Shown here: positions 10,543-20,750 of the stretch, piece by piece
Layout: each line of letters starts with the position of its first letter
Position numbering within the stretch: the first letter of the stretch is position 1
Assembly (NCBI GenBank): GCA_963741925.1
Contig: CAVUJU010000002.1
Span: forward strand, 595,978-659,977
DNA from: an uncultured Acidobacteriota bacterium
GTDB taxonomy: Bacteria; Acidobacteriota; Thermoanaerobaculia; Multivoradales; DATKCC01
Reading direction: 5' to 3'
Length of the DNA: 64,000 nt
Position numbers and translations under genes: made by a program
The notes under the pieces: model-generated
Told to the model about the DNA's origin: nothing
The model's database searches: none
What the model saw: the letters and a program-made list of their open reading frames with translations, nothing else

Positions 10543-11880
10543 TCACATCACCCCGTAGGCGAGCATGGCGTCGGCCACCTTGACGAAGCCGGCGACGTTC
10601 GCCCCCTTGACGTAGTTGACCCGGCCGTTGTCGCGGCCGTACTCGACGCACTGCTCGTGGATGCGCCGCATGATCCGCTGCAGCCGCTCGTCGACCTGCT
10701 CGCGGGTCCAGTTGAGGCGGATCGAGTTCTGGGTCATCTCGAGCCCGGAGATCGCCACGCCGCCGGCGTTGGCCGCCTTGCCGGGGCCGTAGAGGATCCC
10801 CGCCTCCTCGAAGCGGTGGGCCGCCTGCCAGTTGGCGGGCATGTTGGCGCCCTCGGAGACCAGGCCGCAGCCGTTGGCCAGCAGCCGCCCGGCGGCCTCC
10901 TCGTCGATCTCGTTCTGGGTGGCGCACGGGAAGGCCATGTCGCACGGCACCTTCCAGGGGTGCTCGCCGGCGTGGAACTCGCAGCCGTACTCGTCGGCGA
11001 AGCTCTCGAGGCTCGAGCGGCGGGCGGTCTTGAGCTCGATGACGAAGTCGAGCATCTCGGGGGTCAGGCCGTCCGGGACGTAGATGAACCCGGAGCGGTC
11101 CGAGAGGGTCACCACCCGGCCGCCCAGCTCCATGAGCTTCTGGGCGGTGTACTGCGAGACGTTGCCCGAGCCCGAGATCACGCAGCGCTTGCCCTCGACG
11201 TCCTCGCCGTGCTGGCGCAGCATGCTCTGGGCGAAGTAGACGCAGCCGAAGCCGGTCGCCTCGGTGCGCACGAAGCTGCCGCCGTAGGAGACGCCCTTGC
11301 CGGTCATGGCGCCGGTCCACTCGTTCTGGAGGCGCCGGTACTGGCCGAACAGGTAGCCAATCTCCCGGCTGCCCACGTTGATGTCGCCCGCCGGCACGTC
11401 GACGTCCTTGCCGATGTGGCGGAAGAGCTCGCTCATGAAGGACTGGCAGAAGCGCATCACCTCCATGTCCGAGCGGCCGTGGGGATCGAAGTCCGAGCCC
11501 CCCTTGGCGCCCCCCAGCGGCAGGGTGGTGAGGCTGTTCTTGAAGGTCTGCTCGAAGGCGAGGAACTTGAGCACCGAGAGGTTGACCGAGCTGTCGAACC
11601 GAAGGCCCCCCTTGTAGGGACCGATGGCGCCGTTGAACTGCACCCGGTAGCCCCGGTTGACCTGCACCTCCCCCTGGTCGTCCTGCCAGCAGACCCGGAA
11701 GGAGAGGATCCGGTCGGCCTCGGTCATGCGCTCGAAGATCTTCTCCGCCTCGTAGCGCGGGTTCTGGTTGATGAAGGGGATCACCTTCTCGGCGACTTCG
11801 CGGACGGCCTGGTGGAACTCGGTCTCACCCGGGTTGCGCCGCATGAGGGACGCCATGAACGCATCGAGGTCCATCGCCAT
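10543..11880 (-). CDS. gdhA: NADP-specific glutamate dehydrogenase
   Basis: 445 aa with canonical GDH motifs (KGGLRF, GGAKGG, GSGNVSQY) and full-length similarity to GdhA. Confidence 0.95.
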   Translation of the reverse strand: MAMDLDAFMASLMRRNPGETEFHQAVREVAEKVIPFINQNPRYEAEKIFERMTEADRILSFRVCWQDDQGEVQVNRGYRVQFNGAIGPYKGGLRFDSSVNLSVLKFLAFEQTFKNSLTTLPLGGAKGGSDFDPHGRSDMEVMRFCQSFMSELFRHIGKDVDVPAGDINVGSREIGYLFGQYRRLQNEWTGAMTGKGVSYGGSFVRTEATGFGCVYFAQSMLRQHGEDVEGKRCVISGSGNVSQYTAQKLMELGGRVVTLSDRSGFIYVPDGLTPEMLDFVIELKTARRSSLESFADEYGCEFHAGEHPWKVPCDMAFPCATQNEIDEEAAGRLLANGCGLVSEGANMPANWQAAHRFEEAGILYGPGKAANAGGVAISGLEMTQNSIRLNWTREQVDERLQRIMRRIHEQCVEYGRDNGRVNYVKGANVAGFVKVADAMLAYGVM

Positions 11881-12059
11881 GGGATCGGGGTCCTCCGTCT
11901 GGGGTGTGAATCGGGATGACGCAGTGGCGATCGGAGGAGCCGACCGCCCATCGGCTGGGTGTCTCGGGGGTTTTTCCTAGTCTGCCACAGATCGATCCAC
12001 GGGGCGAGCCGCCCGCGCCGCCACCGCCGCCACCGCCGCCGCGACGAGGGCGAAGCCGT

Positions 12060-12938
12060 TCACTCCGGGGCCGTCGCCGGGTCGAGGATCCAGCCCTCGG
12101 CCGGGTCGGCCCCGGGGGGGATGCCGAAGCCGTCGTCGCGGCGGGCCCAGGCCCAGGCGGCCTGGACGGCTCCGAGGACCGCGTCGAGCAGGTCGCCACG
12201 GGGGTCGTCGATCGCCCCGGCGGCCAGGAAGTGGCCGATCTCGACCGTCACGCCGTAGCCCGCGGCGAGGCGCGGCGAGCGCAGGCCTTCGAGGAGCTTG
12301 CGGCGGGCGTCGCGGCGGGCCTGCGCCTGGCTCGGCTTGGCGTCCTTGTAGGGCCGCTTGCCGATCAGGTGGCGGGCGACCAGCGCCGGGTAGATCTCGA
12401 GGACGGTCCGCGGGTCGCCGGTCGGGCGGCAGGGGCGGACGTCGAGGGGAGCCTGGAGCAGCCGGGGCGCCCCTTCGTAGAACATCCGGGCGAGGGGTGG
12501 GCGGACCCACTTCATGGGGCTCTTGGCCCGGGCGAGCCGGTCCGTCGGCCGCAGGTGCTCCTTGTCCCCCGCGGGCCGAGAGGCCCGGTACATCTCGAGC
12601 AGCTCGCCCCACTCGACCTTGGTCATGGCGGCCACGCGCTGAACGCAGCCCTCCCAGCTCGCGGGCCACTCCAGGTCGCGCAGCAGGCGCCGCGGCTGGC
12701 CGAACGGGAAGTCCATGCCGGCCACCCAGGGGCCGGGCCGCTCGAGGCCGCGATCGAGCTGGGCGAAGCTCGTCAGGCGCAGCAGGTCGCGCACCCGGAG
12801 CCGGTCGCCCTCGAGCTCGCACTCGGCCACCGCGATCGGCTTCGAGCGGCTCGGCGCGGAGGTGAAGTCGACGCCGTAGACGCGCACGGGCGGCAGTGTA
12901 CCGGAGCCACCGCCGCGAGCCTGTAGACTCTCGCCCAT
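12060..12938 (-). CDS. DUF429-like (RNase H-fold) protein
   Basis: 292 aa, N-terminus VRVYGVDFTSAPSRSKPIAVAECE. Its start codon shares the CATG with the divergent znuC-like start at 12937. Confidence 0.4.
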   Translation of the reverse strand: MGESLQARGGGSGTLPPVRVYGVDFTSAPSRSKPIAVAECELEGDRLRVRDLLRLTSFAQLDRGLERPGPWVAGMDFPFGQPRRLLRDLEWPASWEGCVQRVAAMTKVEWGELLEMYRASRPAGDKEHLRPTDRLARAKSPMKWVRPPLARMFYEGAPRLLQAPLDVRPCRPTGDPRTVLEIYPALVARHLIGKRPYKDAKPSQAQARRDARRKLLEGLRSPRLAAGYGVTVEIGHFLAAGAIDDPRGDLLDAVLGAVQAAWAWARRDDGFGIPPGADPAEGWILDPATAPE

Positions 12939-13689
12939 GCCCGCCGCGCACGAGCCCCTGATCGTAGCCGAAGGGGTGACCTTCGGCTACGGCGACGAGG
13001 CCGTGCTCCGCGACGTCGACCTGACCGTCCACCGCGACGACTTCCTGGCCATCCTGGGGCCCAACGGGGGCGGCAAGACCACCCTGGTCAAGGTGCTCCT
13101 GGGGCTCCTCGAGCCGTGGGACGGCACCGTGCACCGTCACACCTCGGGCCGCCGTGGCGCGCTGGGCTACGTGCCGCAGCTCGCCGAGTTCGACCGGCGC
13201 TTCCCGCTCCGGGTCCTCGACCTGGTGCTCATGGGCCGCCTCGGCCTGCGCGGCGCCTTTCGGCGCTACACCGCGGAGGACCGGGCGGCGGCCGAGCGCG
13301 CGATCGAGACGTTCGGCCTCGGCCCGCTCGCCCGGCTCCCCATCGACCGGCTCTCGGGCGGCCAGCTCCAGCGCGCGCTCATCGCCCGGGCGCTCGCCGC
13401 CGAGCCGGAGCTCCTGATCCTCGACGAGCCCATGGCGTCGATCGACGCCGAGAGCCGCAAGGTGCTGCTCGAGACCCTCGAACGGCTCGGCCGCGAGATC
13501 CCGATCGTGGTGGTGACCCACGACCTGACACCGCTGGCCGGCGTGGTGCGCCAGATCGCCTGCGTCAACCGGCGCCTCTTCTACCACCCGGGGGGCGAGC
13601 TCGACCGGGAGATGCTCGAGGAGGTCTACGGCTGCCCGGTGGAGCTGATCGCCCACGGTGTGCCGCACCGGGTGCTGGTGGACCACTGA
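12937..13689 (+). CDS. metal (Zn/Mn-type) ABC transporter ATP-binding protein
   Basis: Walker A GPNGGGKTT, signature LSGGQLQR, Walker B LLILDEP, H-loop VVVTHD. Confidence 0.85.
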   Translation: MPAAHEPLIVAEGVTFGYGDEAVLRDVDLTVHRDDFLAILGPNGGGKTTLVKVLLGLLEPWDGTVHRHTSGRRGALGYVPQLAEFDRRFPLRVLDLVLMGRLGLRGAFRRYTAEDRAAAERAIETFGLGPLARLPIDRLSGGQLQRALIARALAAEPELLILDEPMASIDAESRKVLLETLERLGREIPIVVVTHDLTPLAGVVRQIACVNRRLFYHPGGELDREMLEEVYGCPVELIAHGVPHRVLVDH

Positions 13690-13750
13690 TGCCCAATCGG
13701 GAACGCTGCGCGGCGAACGATTCCCGCCTTGCGGCGGAGCGAGGCCGGGC

Positions 13751-13882
13751 GGCGGCGTCCCTCTCCCCCCGCGAGGGTGGGAGAGGGATCGAGGGTGAGG
13801 GGGGCGGTCCGATGGCGGCGGCGTCCCTCTCCCCCCGCGAGGGTGGGAGAGGGATCGAGGGTGAGGGGGGCGGTCCGGTCTG
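13751..13882. repeat. 2 x 66-bp tandem repeat with internal palindrome, member of the dispersed C/G-rich repeat family
   Basis: ggcggcgtccctctccccccgcgagggtgggagagggatcgagggtgaggggggcggtccg appears twice with period 66. It fills the znuC-znuB intercistronic gap and abuts the znuB-like ATG. Confidence 0.85.
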
Positions 13883-14713
13883 ATGCTCCACCTGCTCTCC
13901 TATGACTTCCTGCGCCATGCGGTCGTGGCCGGCCTGCTGGCCGCCGTGCTCTGCGGCGTCGTCGGCACCTTCGTGGTGGTCAAGCGCCTCGTCTTCCTGG
14001 CGGGCGGCGTCGCCCACGCCGCGTTCGGCGGCCTCGGGGTGTGCTACTTCCTCGGCGTCGACCCCCGCCTCGGGGCGGCGGCGGTGGCGGTGGTCTCGGC
14101 CCTGGCACTGGCCGGGCCGGGGCGCGAGCGCGGGCGCTCCCACGACGCGGTGATCGGCATCCTCTGGGCCGTGGGCATGGCCGTGGGCGTGGTCTTCCTC
14201 TACAAGACTCCGGGCTACGCCCCGAACCTGATGGCCTACCTGTTCGGCAACATCCTGACCGTCGGCGCCAGCGACGTCGCCCTGACGCTGGGCCTGGTGG
14301 TCGTGGTGGTGGCGCTCTTCGCCCTCTTCTTCAAGGAGAGCGTCGCGGTCGCCTTCGACGAGGAGTTCGCGGCGGTGCAGGGCGTGCCGGTGCGCTGGGC
14401 GATGGTCGTCCTGATGCTGCTCGCCGCCCTGTCGGTCGTCTTCCTGATCCAGCTCGTCGGGATCCTCCTGGTGATCGCCCTGCTCACCATCCCGCCGGTG
14501 ATCGGCCTGCGGATCGCCCGGAGCTTCCCGGCCGTGGTCGGCCTGTCGATCGGGATCGGGGTGCTCATGACCCAGACGGGCCTCGCCCTGTCGTACCTCT
14601 ACGACCTCCCCTCCGGCCCGGCCATCGTCCTCGTGGGCGCGGCCCTCCTGGTCGTGGTCGACGTGGCCCGGCGCGCCGGCGCCCGCGGCCGCCGCGTCAG
14701 CGACGTGGGCTGA
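13883..14713 (+). CDS. metal ABC transporter permease (ZnuB-like)
   Basis: 276 aa, eight hydrophobic segments, ABC-3 family architecture. Confidence 0.8.
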   Translation: MLHLLSYDFLRHAVVAGLLAAVLCGVVGTFVVVKRLVFLAGGVAHAAFGGLGVCYFLGVDPRLGAAAVAVVSALALAGPGRERGRSHDAVIGILWAVGMAVGVVFLYKTPGYAPNLMAYLFGNILTVGASDVALTLGLVVVVVALFALFFKESVAVAFDEEFAAVQGVPVRWAMVVLMLLAALSVVFLIQLVGILLVIALLTIPPVIGLRIARSFPAVVGLSIGIGVLMTQTGLALSYLYDLPSGPAIVLVGAALLVVVDVARRAGARGRRVSDVG

Positions 14714-14825
14714 AGAGCCCTCCCGCGGCCTCGGCGGCCCGCCGCGCGGCGCCGCGCCCTCGTCCGGCGCCCCGTGCAACACTTTTCCGGCGGCACCTGT
14801 ATACCCCGGTAGAGAGGAGAGCCGG

Positions 14826-15419
14826 GTGATCCCAGGGGACTGGACCGCAACCGCCGTCGAACGGGCGGCGAAGGAAGAGGAGGCCGGCGGCTTCGACGAG
14901 ATCGTCCGGCGCCACGAGCGGCAGGTGCTCGGCCTCGCGCGCTGGCTCCTCTCGCGGCCGGAGGACGCCGAGGACGCGGCGCAGGAGGCCTTCTTCCGCC
15001 TCTACCGGGCTCTGTCCCGGAGAGGGAGCCGGCTCGACCCGGAGCGGCCCCTCGCCCCGTACCTCTACCGCGTGACGGTCAACGTCTGCCGCGACCTCGG
15101 CCGCCGCCGCGGACGCTCCCGGGCGCTCTCGCTGGAAGACGTCCGCGAGGCCGACGCTCCGGCGGATCCGGGGCCGGACCCGGAGAGCGCCGCCGCCCTC
15201 GCCGAGGACCACCGGATCGCCGGCGTCGCCCTGGCCGAGCTGCCGGTCCGCCAGCGGGCGGCGCTGGTGCTCCGCGACGTCCACGGCCTGTCCACCCGCG
15301 AGGTGGCCGAGGCCCTGGGCATCCGGGAGGTCACGGTGCGCACCCAGATCTCCCGGGCGCGGCTCAAGGTCCGGGCGATCCGGGACCGCCTGCTGCGCCG
15401 GGAGGAGGACATGCCATGA
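14826..15419 (+). CDS. ECF (sigma-70 family) RNA polymerase sigma factor
   Basis: Region 2 (EDAAQEAFFRLYRAL) and region 4 HTH (STREVAEALGIREVTVRTQISRARLKVR). GTG start with GAGAGGAGAG SD. Confidence 0.8.
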   Translation: MIPGDWTATAVERAAKEEEAGGFDEIVRRHERQVLGLARWLLSRPEDAEDAAQEAFFRLYRALSRRGSRLDPERPLAPYLYRVTVNVCRDLGRRRGRSRALSLEDVREADAPADPGPDPESAAALAEDHRIAGVALAELPVRQRAALVLRDVHGLSTREVAEALGIREVTVRTQISRARLKVRAIRDRLLRREEDMP

Positions 15420-16132
15420 GAGGTCACCGCTCGCTTCACCCCCGGCGCGGGATCGCGCTCTACGTCGCGGGCGACTTGCCGGAGCGGCGGGCGGCCCGCC
15501 TCGCGCGCCACCTCGCCGGCTGCCCCGACTGCCGCGAGCTCGCCCGGCGCCTCGCGGAAGACCGCCTGGCGCTCGGGCGCCTGGCCGGACAGCCCGTCGA
15601 GGAGCGATCGCTCCGCCGCGTGCGAGCCGGGGTGGCCGCGCGCATCGGCGGGCTCGAGACGGCCCGCGAACGCCGGTCTCCAGGCGCCGCCCGGCGCCTC
15701 GCGGCGCTGGCCGCCGTCCTGCTCCTGGCGGCGCTCGGCCTGATGATCTGGTCCCCGCCCCGGACCCCTTCCCGGCCCGGCGGGCAGGCGGCCGGACCGC
15801 CCCTCGACCGAATCGCCTCCACGGCCCCGAGCCCGCCGGTTCCCGAGACGGCCGGCCCGGTTGCCGCGCAGCCTCCGCCATCCGCGGGCCACCCTGCGCC
15901 CGAGGCGAGACGGCCGGCCCCGGCGCCGGCGCCCGCCCCGCGCCCGGGCACCGCCGTGACGCCTGCGCCCTCCGGAGCCCACCGCCGCCCCCGCCGCCGC
16001 GCCGCCGCCGCGCCGCCCGCGTCTCGACCTTCGGAGCCCCTGGTGATCCAGGTGGTCTCCGATCATCCCGACATCGTCTACTACTGGCTCGCCGAGCCCG
16101 AGGAGACTCACCGTGAGAGCACGTCCAGGTAG
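15416..16132 (+). CDS. anti-sigma factor (ZAS-type HxxxCxxC, single TM)
   Basis: ATGA overlap with the sigma gene. HLAGCPDCRE motif, then a TM helix LAALAAVLLLAALGLMIW, then a Pro/Ala-rich region. Confidence 0.65.
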   Translation: MRGHRSLHPRRGIALYVAGDLPERRAARLARHLAGCPDCRELARRLAEDRLALGRLAGQPVEERSLRRVRAGVAARIGGLETARERRSPGAARRLAALAAVLLLAALGLMIWSPPRTPSRPGGQAAGPPLDRIASTAPSPPVPETAGPVAAQPPPSAGHPAPEARRPAPAPAPAPRPGTAVTPAPSGAHRRPRRRAAAAPPASRPSEPLVIQVVSDHPDIVYYWLAEPEETHRESTSR

Positions 16133-16985
16133 GACCGTCATCGTCGCCGTCGCCGCCATCGCCGCCGCAGCCTTCGCCCTCGCGCCGGGCACGCGGGCGG
16201 CCGCAGCGCAGGAGAACCCGAAGCCCGACGCCCGGAGCGCCGCCCCCGAGGCCGGTCAGGAGGCCGGTCAGGAGCCCGGTCAGAAGGCGGGAGAGCCCGT
16301 CGGCCAGGAGATCGTCCGGATCGAGCACGCCAACGTCGAGGAGCTGCCGCCGGTGCTGCGGATCTTCCACGTCCACGCCCAGGCGCACCCGAGCCTGGGC
16401 ATCCTCACCCTCGACGGGCCGGCGGACCAGGTCGCGGCCGCCGCGGCCGCCGCCCGCGAGCTCGACGTCGCCCCGGCCCCGACCCCCAGCCTGGAGGTCA
16501 CGGTCTTCGTCCTCGGGGCGTCGAAGACCCGGCCGCTCTCCGGCCAGGTCCCACCGGCGCTCGAGGAGGTCGCCCACCAGCTCAAGGACGTCTTCGGCTT
16601 TCGCGGCGTCGACCTGATCGACAGCATGTCGGTGCGGGTCCTCGACAGGGGAAGGGGGGGCATCCAGGGCATCCTCTCCGCCGCCGACGGCGTGCCGGCG
16701 CTGCCCTACCGGTTCGGTTTCAACCGCGCGACGCTGGTCGAGCGCGAGGGAACGGAGCCTTCGGTCCGTCTGGCCGGCTTCCAGTTCGAGGCCGCGACTC
16801 CGCACCTGCTCGCCAGTCTGCCGTCGAACCTCGCGCACTCGGAGACCCCGGCGGCCGACTTCCAGACCGAGCTCGCGACCGACCTCGAGCTCCGCGCCGG
16901 CCAGACCGCGGTCGTCGGACGGGCGGCCACCGCCGGCGGCCGCGACGGCCTGATCCTGGTGGTCCGGGCGCAGGTCGTGGAGTGA
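16113..16985 (+). CDS. secreted hypothetical protein in the sigma/anti-sigma operon
   Basis: Signal peptide MRARPGRTVIVAVAAIAAAAFALAPGTRAAAAQ. Confidence 0.4.
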   Translation: MRARPGRTVIVAVAAIAAAAFALAPGTRAAAAQENPKPDARSAAPEAGQEAGQEPGQKAGEPVGQEIVRIEHANVEELPPVLRIFHVHAQAHPSLGILTLDGPADQVAAAAAAARELDVAPAPTPSLEVTVFVLGASKTRPLSGQVPPALEEVAHQLKDVFGFRGVDLIDSMSVRVLDRGRGGIQGILSAADGVPALPYRFGFNRATLVEREGTEPSVRLAGFQFEAATPHLLASLPSNLAHSETPAADFQTELATDLELRAGQTAVVGRAATAGGRDGLILVVRAQVVE

Positions 16986-16988
16986 GCG

Positions 16989-18053
16989 TCAGACGAGGCC
17001 GAGGAGATCGGAGAGGACCCCGTAGGCGGTGGTCGTGAGGTCGGGGTCCTCCTCGACCAGGGTGATCGTGCCCAGGAGGTCGGCGGTGATCGTGAGGGCC
17101 GAGCTCGTGCCGTCGAGCCGGGCGAAGGGGTGTCGCGCGGGGAGCTCCCGGGCGGCCACCCCGGCCCGCACCGCGCCGCCCTCCCTGGCCGCCTCGCAGA
17201 CCATCTTGAGCCGCCGGCCGGAGGCGCGCACGCTCCGCGCCCGCTCGCCCAGGGCGGCGTCGACCACCTCCCGCGCCACCGCCTCCGGCCGGAGCTCCGG
17301 CTCGCCGTCCTCGACCAGCAGAACGTTGGCCAGGGCGGCGAGCTTGACCGCCCCGTCCCAGCCCTCGAGGTCCGCGGACGGGTCCGCCTCGGCGATCCCC
17401 AGCGCCCGCGCCCGCTCGAGCGCCGCCTCGAGGCCGAGGCCCTCCTCCATCGCGCCCAGCACCACGTTGGTCGTCGAGTTGAGGACCCCGGCGAGGCGCT
17501 CGACGGCCGCTCCCCGGAGGCCCGACCGCGCGAGGTCGAAGACCGGGGCGCCGTCCATCACGGTCGCCTCGAAACGGAAGAGGACGCCACGCTCGCGGGC
17601 GAGGTCGCGGAGGCTCCGGTAAGCCCACGCCACCGGCCCCTTGTTCGCCGAGACCACGTGCCGGCCGCGCTCGAGGGCCGAGCGCACCCGGCCGATCGCC
17701 GCCGCGCCGCGGCCGGCGACGTCGAGCGGGGTCATCTCCACCAGGACGTCGTAGTCGCCCTCGGCGACCGCGCGCTCGCCGTCGAGCTCCGAGAACGCCG
17801 GATGCGCCGGCGTGAAGCCGCCGGCCTCGTAGGCGGCGAGGGCCGCCGCCAGGTCGAGCCCCGCCGGGTCGGCCAGGGCGCCGTGGGCGCCGGTCGCGAT
17901 CCCCACCACCCACAAGTCGAGGCCCGCGAGGGCCGGATGCTCGCCCCGGTGGACGAGGAGACGGGCCACCTCCCGGCCGACGTGGCCGAAGCCCAGGAAG
18001 AGCGCGCGGAGCGGGCGGGCGGGAGCGGCGCTCGAACCCGGAGGCGGGCTCAC
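16989..18053 (-). CDS. hom: homoserine dehydrogenase
   Basis: NAD-binding LRALFLGFGHVGREVARLL, plus SANKGPVA and GVLNSTTNVVLG motifs. GTG start overlaps the upstream stop. The track ORF extends further but its N-terminus is low-complexity. Confidence 0.8.
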   Translation of the reverse strand: MSPPPGSSAAPARPLRALFLGFGHVGREVARLLVHRGEHPALAGLDLWVVGIATGAHGALADPAGLDLAAALAAYEAGGFTPAHPAFSELDGERAVAEGDYDVLVEMTPLDVAGRGAAAIGRVRSALERGRHVVSANKGPVAWAYRSLRDLARERGVLFRFEATVMDGAPVFDLARSGLRGAAVERLAGVLNSTTNVVLGAMEEGLGLEAALERARALGIAEADPSADLEGWDGAVKLAALANVLLVEDGEPELRPEAVAREVVDAALGERARSVRASGRRLKMVCEAAREGGAVRAGVAARELPARHPFARLDGTSSALTITADLLGTITLVEEDPDLTTTAYGVLSDLLGLV

Positions 18054-19332
18054 CGGCCGGCCCGCTCCAGCGCGCCGGAGGCGCTCGCCGCCGCGCCCAC
18101 CGTCCCGGCGATCTCGGCCACCCCCGCGACCAGGCGGTCCACCTCCTCGCGGGTCGTGTAGAGGGAGATCCCGGCGCGCAGCACGCCGCCCCGCTCGGCC
18201 AGGCCCAGGGCCTCGATCGGCCGGGGGGCGTAGAAGTCGCCGTCCCAGACCAGGACCCCGCGCTCTCCCAGCCGCCGGGCCGCATCGAGGGGCGTCACGC
18301 CGTCGATCGTGATCGAGACCGTCGGCGCTCTCCTCCCGGCACCGAACCCCGGCCCGTGGACGGTGACGCCCCGGATCCGCCCGACCCGGCCGGCGTAGTC
18401 GCGGGCCAGGCCGTGCTCGTACTCCGAGATGGCCGCTACGCTCGAGACGATCCGGGCGCGGAGCGACTCCCCCTCGCCCCAGGACGCGAGGTACTCCACC
18501 GCCGCGGCCACGCCGCAGAGCGCCGCGTGGTTCAGGGTGCCGGTCTCGATCCGGTACGGGGCCTCGGCGTCGTGGACGCGGAGGCGGTCGCAGGCGAGCT
18601 CCTCGAGGAACCCCGGCCGGGTGTACAGGATGCCGACGTGAGGGCCGTAGAACTTGTAGGCCGAGCACAGGAGGAAGTCCGGGGCGAGCGCCGCCACGTC
18701 GAGGGGGAAGTGGGGCGCGTAGTGGACCGCGTCGACTACGAGCCGGGCGCCCACCGACCGGCAGAGGTCGGCGACGGGGGCGAGGTCGGTGACCGTGCCC
18801 AGGGCGTTCGAGGCGAGGCCGGCCGCCACCAGCCGGGTGCGCGGGCCGACGCTCGCGGCGAAGCCTTCGGGATCGAGCGTGCCGTCGGGCCGGAGCGCCA
18901 CCTCGCGCACCGCGACACCCCGCTCCTCGAGCCCGAGCCACGGGCCCCGGTTGGCCTCGTGGTCGAGCGCGGTGACCACCACCTCGTCGCCCTGCGCCAT
19001 CCGCCGGCCCAGGGCGTGGGCCAGGGAGTACGCGAGGCTGGTCATGTTCTGGCCGAAGGAGATCTCTCGCCAGGAAGGCGCCCCGAGGAAGGCGGCCATG
19101 GCCCGGCGGGCCTCGAGGATCCGCTCGTCGGACTCCCGGGAGGTCGCGAACTGGCCATGGGTGTTGGCGTTCGAGCGCCGGTAGTAGCCCGAGACCGCCT
19201 CGATCACCGCGGTCGGCACCTGCGTGCCGGCGGGGCCGTCGAGGAAGGCCAGGGGGCGTCCGGCGAGGGTGCGGGAGAGCGCCGGGAAGTCCTCCCGGGC
19301 GCGGAGCGCGTCGCGTTCGGTGAAGGCCATGA
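18050..19332 (-). CDS. class V aminotransferase, cysteine desulfurase (SufS/CsdA-like) family
   Basis: Starts MAFTERDALRAREDFPAL and carries the PLP-lysine context SAYKFYGPHVGILY. The real start ATG at 19332 lies downstream of the repeat-encoded N-terminal extension. Confidence 0.75.
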
Positions 19333-19337
19333 CGGGC

Positions 19338-19344
19338 GATTGTA
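19338..19344 (-). promoter_or_regulatory. -10-like GGTACAATCG upstream of the desulfurase-family gene
   Basis: ggTACAATcgcccgtc ATG, with no SD in between. Confidence 0.35.
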
Positions 19345-19430
19345 CCGATCGGATCGCCCCCTCACCCTCGGTCCCTCTCCTCCCCGTGAGGGTGAGGAGA
19401 GGGTCGGGGTGAGGAGGGGTGGTCTGAGGC
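19338..19430. repeat. copy of dispersed C/G-rich palindromic repeat family
   Basis: ggatcgccccctcaccctcggtccctctcctccccgtgagggtgaggagagggtcggggtgaggagg sits immediately upstream of the desulfurase start. Confidence 0.7.
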
Positions 19431-19439
19431 GAAGCCTCG

Positions 19440-20750
19440 CTAGACATCTAGCTTTCGCAGCCAGCGGCCGAAGCCGGCGTCGAGCTCGGCCCAGTCCCGG
19501 CCAAGGCTCGCCCGCAGCGCCGCCGGCCCGCCGTCGCCGCCGGCGGCGATCGCGGCGAGGTAGCTCCGGAAGCCTCGGGCCAGCGCCTCGTCCCCGCCGT
19601 CGAGGAGGTAGCGGACGAAAAAGGCGCTCTCGGCGTAGGCATCCTCCCGCAGGCCGGGATCGACGATCTCTCGCCAAGAGAGGCCGGTGAGCTCCGCGAG
19701 CGGCGGCAGCCGCCCGCGGTTCAGGAGCCTGGTCAGCCGACCGAGGGCGGCGTAGGCCCCCTCCGTGGTCACGGTGATCTCGATCCGGTCCCGTCCCGCG
19801 GCGCTCGAGGCCTTGCGCTCGCTCACCGACTCCTCGCCTCCGAGGCTCCCCGGGAGGAGCCGCCCCGCGGCGTCCACCCGCGAGTCGCCCAGGTCGTCGG
19901 CCAGGCCCTCTTCGAGCCAGGGCGGCGTTCGCGGGCCCAGGGCGCGGCCGTTGATCAGGTGGGTGAGCTCGTGGACGAGGAGGGCGCTCACCTGCCAGTC
20001 CTTCTTGCCCTCGGCGAAGAGCGCCGCCACCCCGAAGCCCGCGTGCCCGCCCTCCTCGAGGCCGGCGTAGGCCAGGTCGCCGGAGGCGAAGGCCCGGTAG
20101 TCGGCCTCGCGGGAGAAGAGGACCACCGCCTGGCCGGCCGCCGAGCCCGAATCGAGCCCGTAGCGGCTCCGGTACGTCGCCTCGAGGCCCGCGGCGACCG
20201 CCTCCAGACGCCCGAGGAGCTTGGAATCCCCGACGTCGGTATAGACGGCGTACGGACCGAGCTCGCGGCGGGTGTCCTCTCCGGGCAGGGCGGCGAGGGC
20301 CCGCGCCAGGATCTCGCGGTCCGCCGCCCGCGCCGGCAGGGCGCCGGCCGGGCCCGCGCCGCCCGCCTCCCGCGCCAGCGGCACCCACCCCTTGAACGCT
20401 CCGTACCGGACCAGCGCCCACCCGCCGCGGCGCTCGACGAGAGGCAGCTCGGACGGGGCGTCGACCACCGCCAGGGCCGCCGCCCGGGCGTCGGGGAGCT
20501 CGTGGAGGGCGGTGCCTTGCGCCACCTCGATCCGGGGCTCCGCGAGGTCGGCGGAGCCGAAGGCCGCGGGGGCGCCCAGAATCTCCGACGGGCTCTCCGG
20601 CGGGCTTGCCGGGGACGGCGCGGCCGACGGGGCGGGCCGCGGCGCCGGGGGCTCGGCCGACGCCGCCGTCTGCGGCGCGAGCGACGCCGACGCGGCGACG
20701 ACGAAGGCCAGTACGGAGCGCCCGGCCCGGCGCCGGCCCCGGCCGGTCAC
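19440..20750 (-). CDS. secreted HExxH zincin-like protein (DUF1570-like putative metallopeptidase)
   Basis: Signal peptide, motif LLVHELTHLINGRAL. The GTG start overlaps the upstream TGA. Confidence 0.5.
   Translation of the reverse strand: MTGRGRRRAGRSVLAFVVAASASLAPQTAASAEPPAPRPAPSAAPSPASPPESPSEILGAPAAFGSADLAEPRIEVAQGTALHELPDARAAALAVVDAPSELPLVERRGGWALVRYGAFKGWVPLAREAGGAGPAGALPARAADREILARALAALPGEDTRRELGPYAVYTDVGDSKLLGRLEAVAAGLEATYRSRYGLDSGSAAGQAVVLFSREADYRAFASGDLAYAGLEEGGHAGFGVAALFAEGKKDWQVSALLVHELTHLINGRALGPRTPPWLEEGLADDLGDSRVDAAGRLLPGSLGGEESVSERKASSAAGRDRIEITVTTEGAYAALGRLTRLLNRGRLPPLAELTGLSWREIVDPGLREDAYAESAFFVRYLLDGGDEALARGFRSYLAAIAAGGDGGPAALRASLGRDWAELDAGFGRWLRKLDV

Noticed and set aside
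11977-13686. 569-aa minus ORF and other RP-rich ORFs (14697-16838, 16720-18285, 19204-20421, 26564-28831, 43569-45101, 46995-48731)
   Set aside because: All overlap confidently assigned genes in other frames and translate to low-complexity Arg/Pro/Gly/Ala sequence. They were rejected as GC-skew artefacts.
13116-13883. ORFs translating the dispersed repeat (peptides such as PREGGRGIEGEGGGP appearing twice)
   Set aside because: The periodic identity is at DNA level in both orientations and in non-coding contexts, so it is repeat DNA rather than a conserved peptide.
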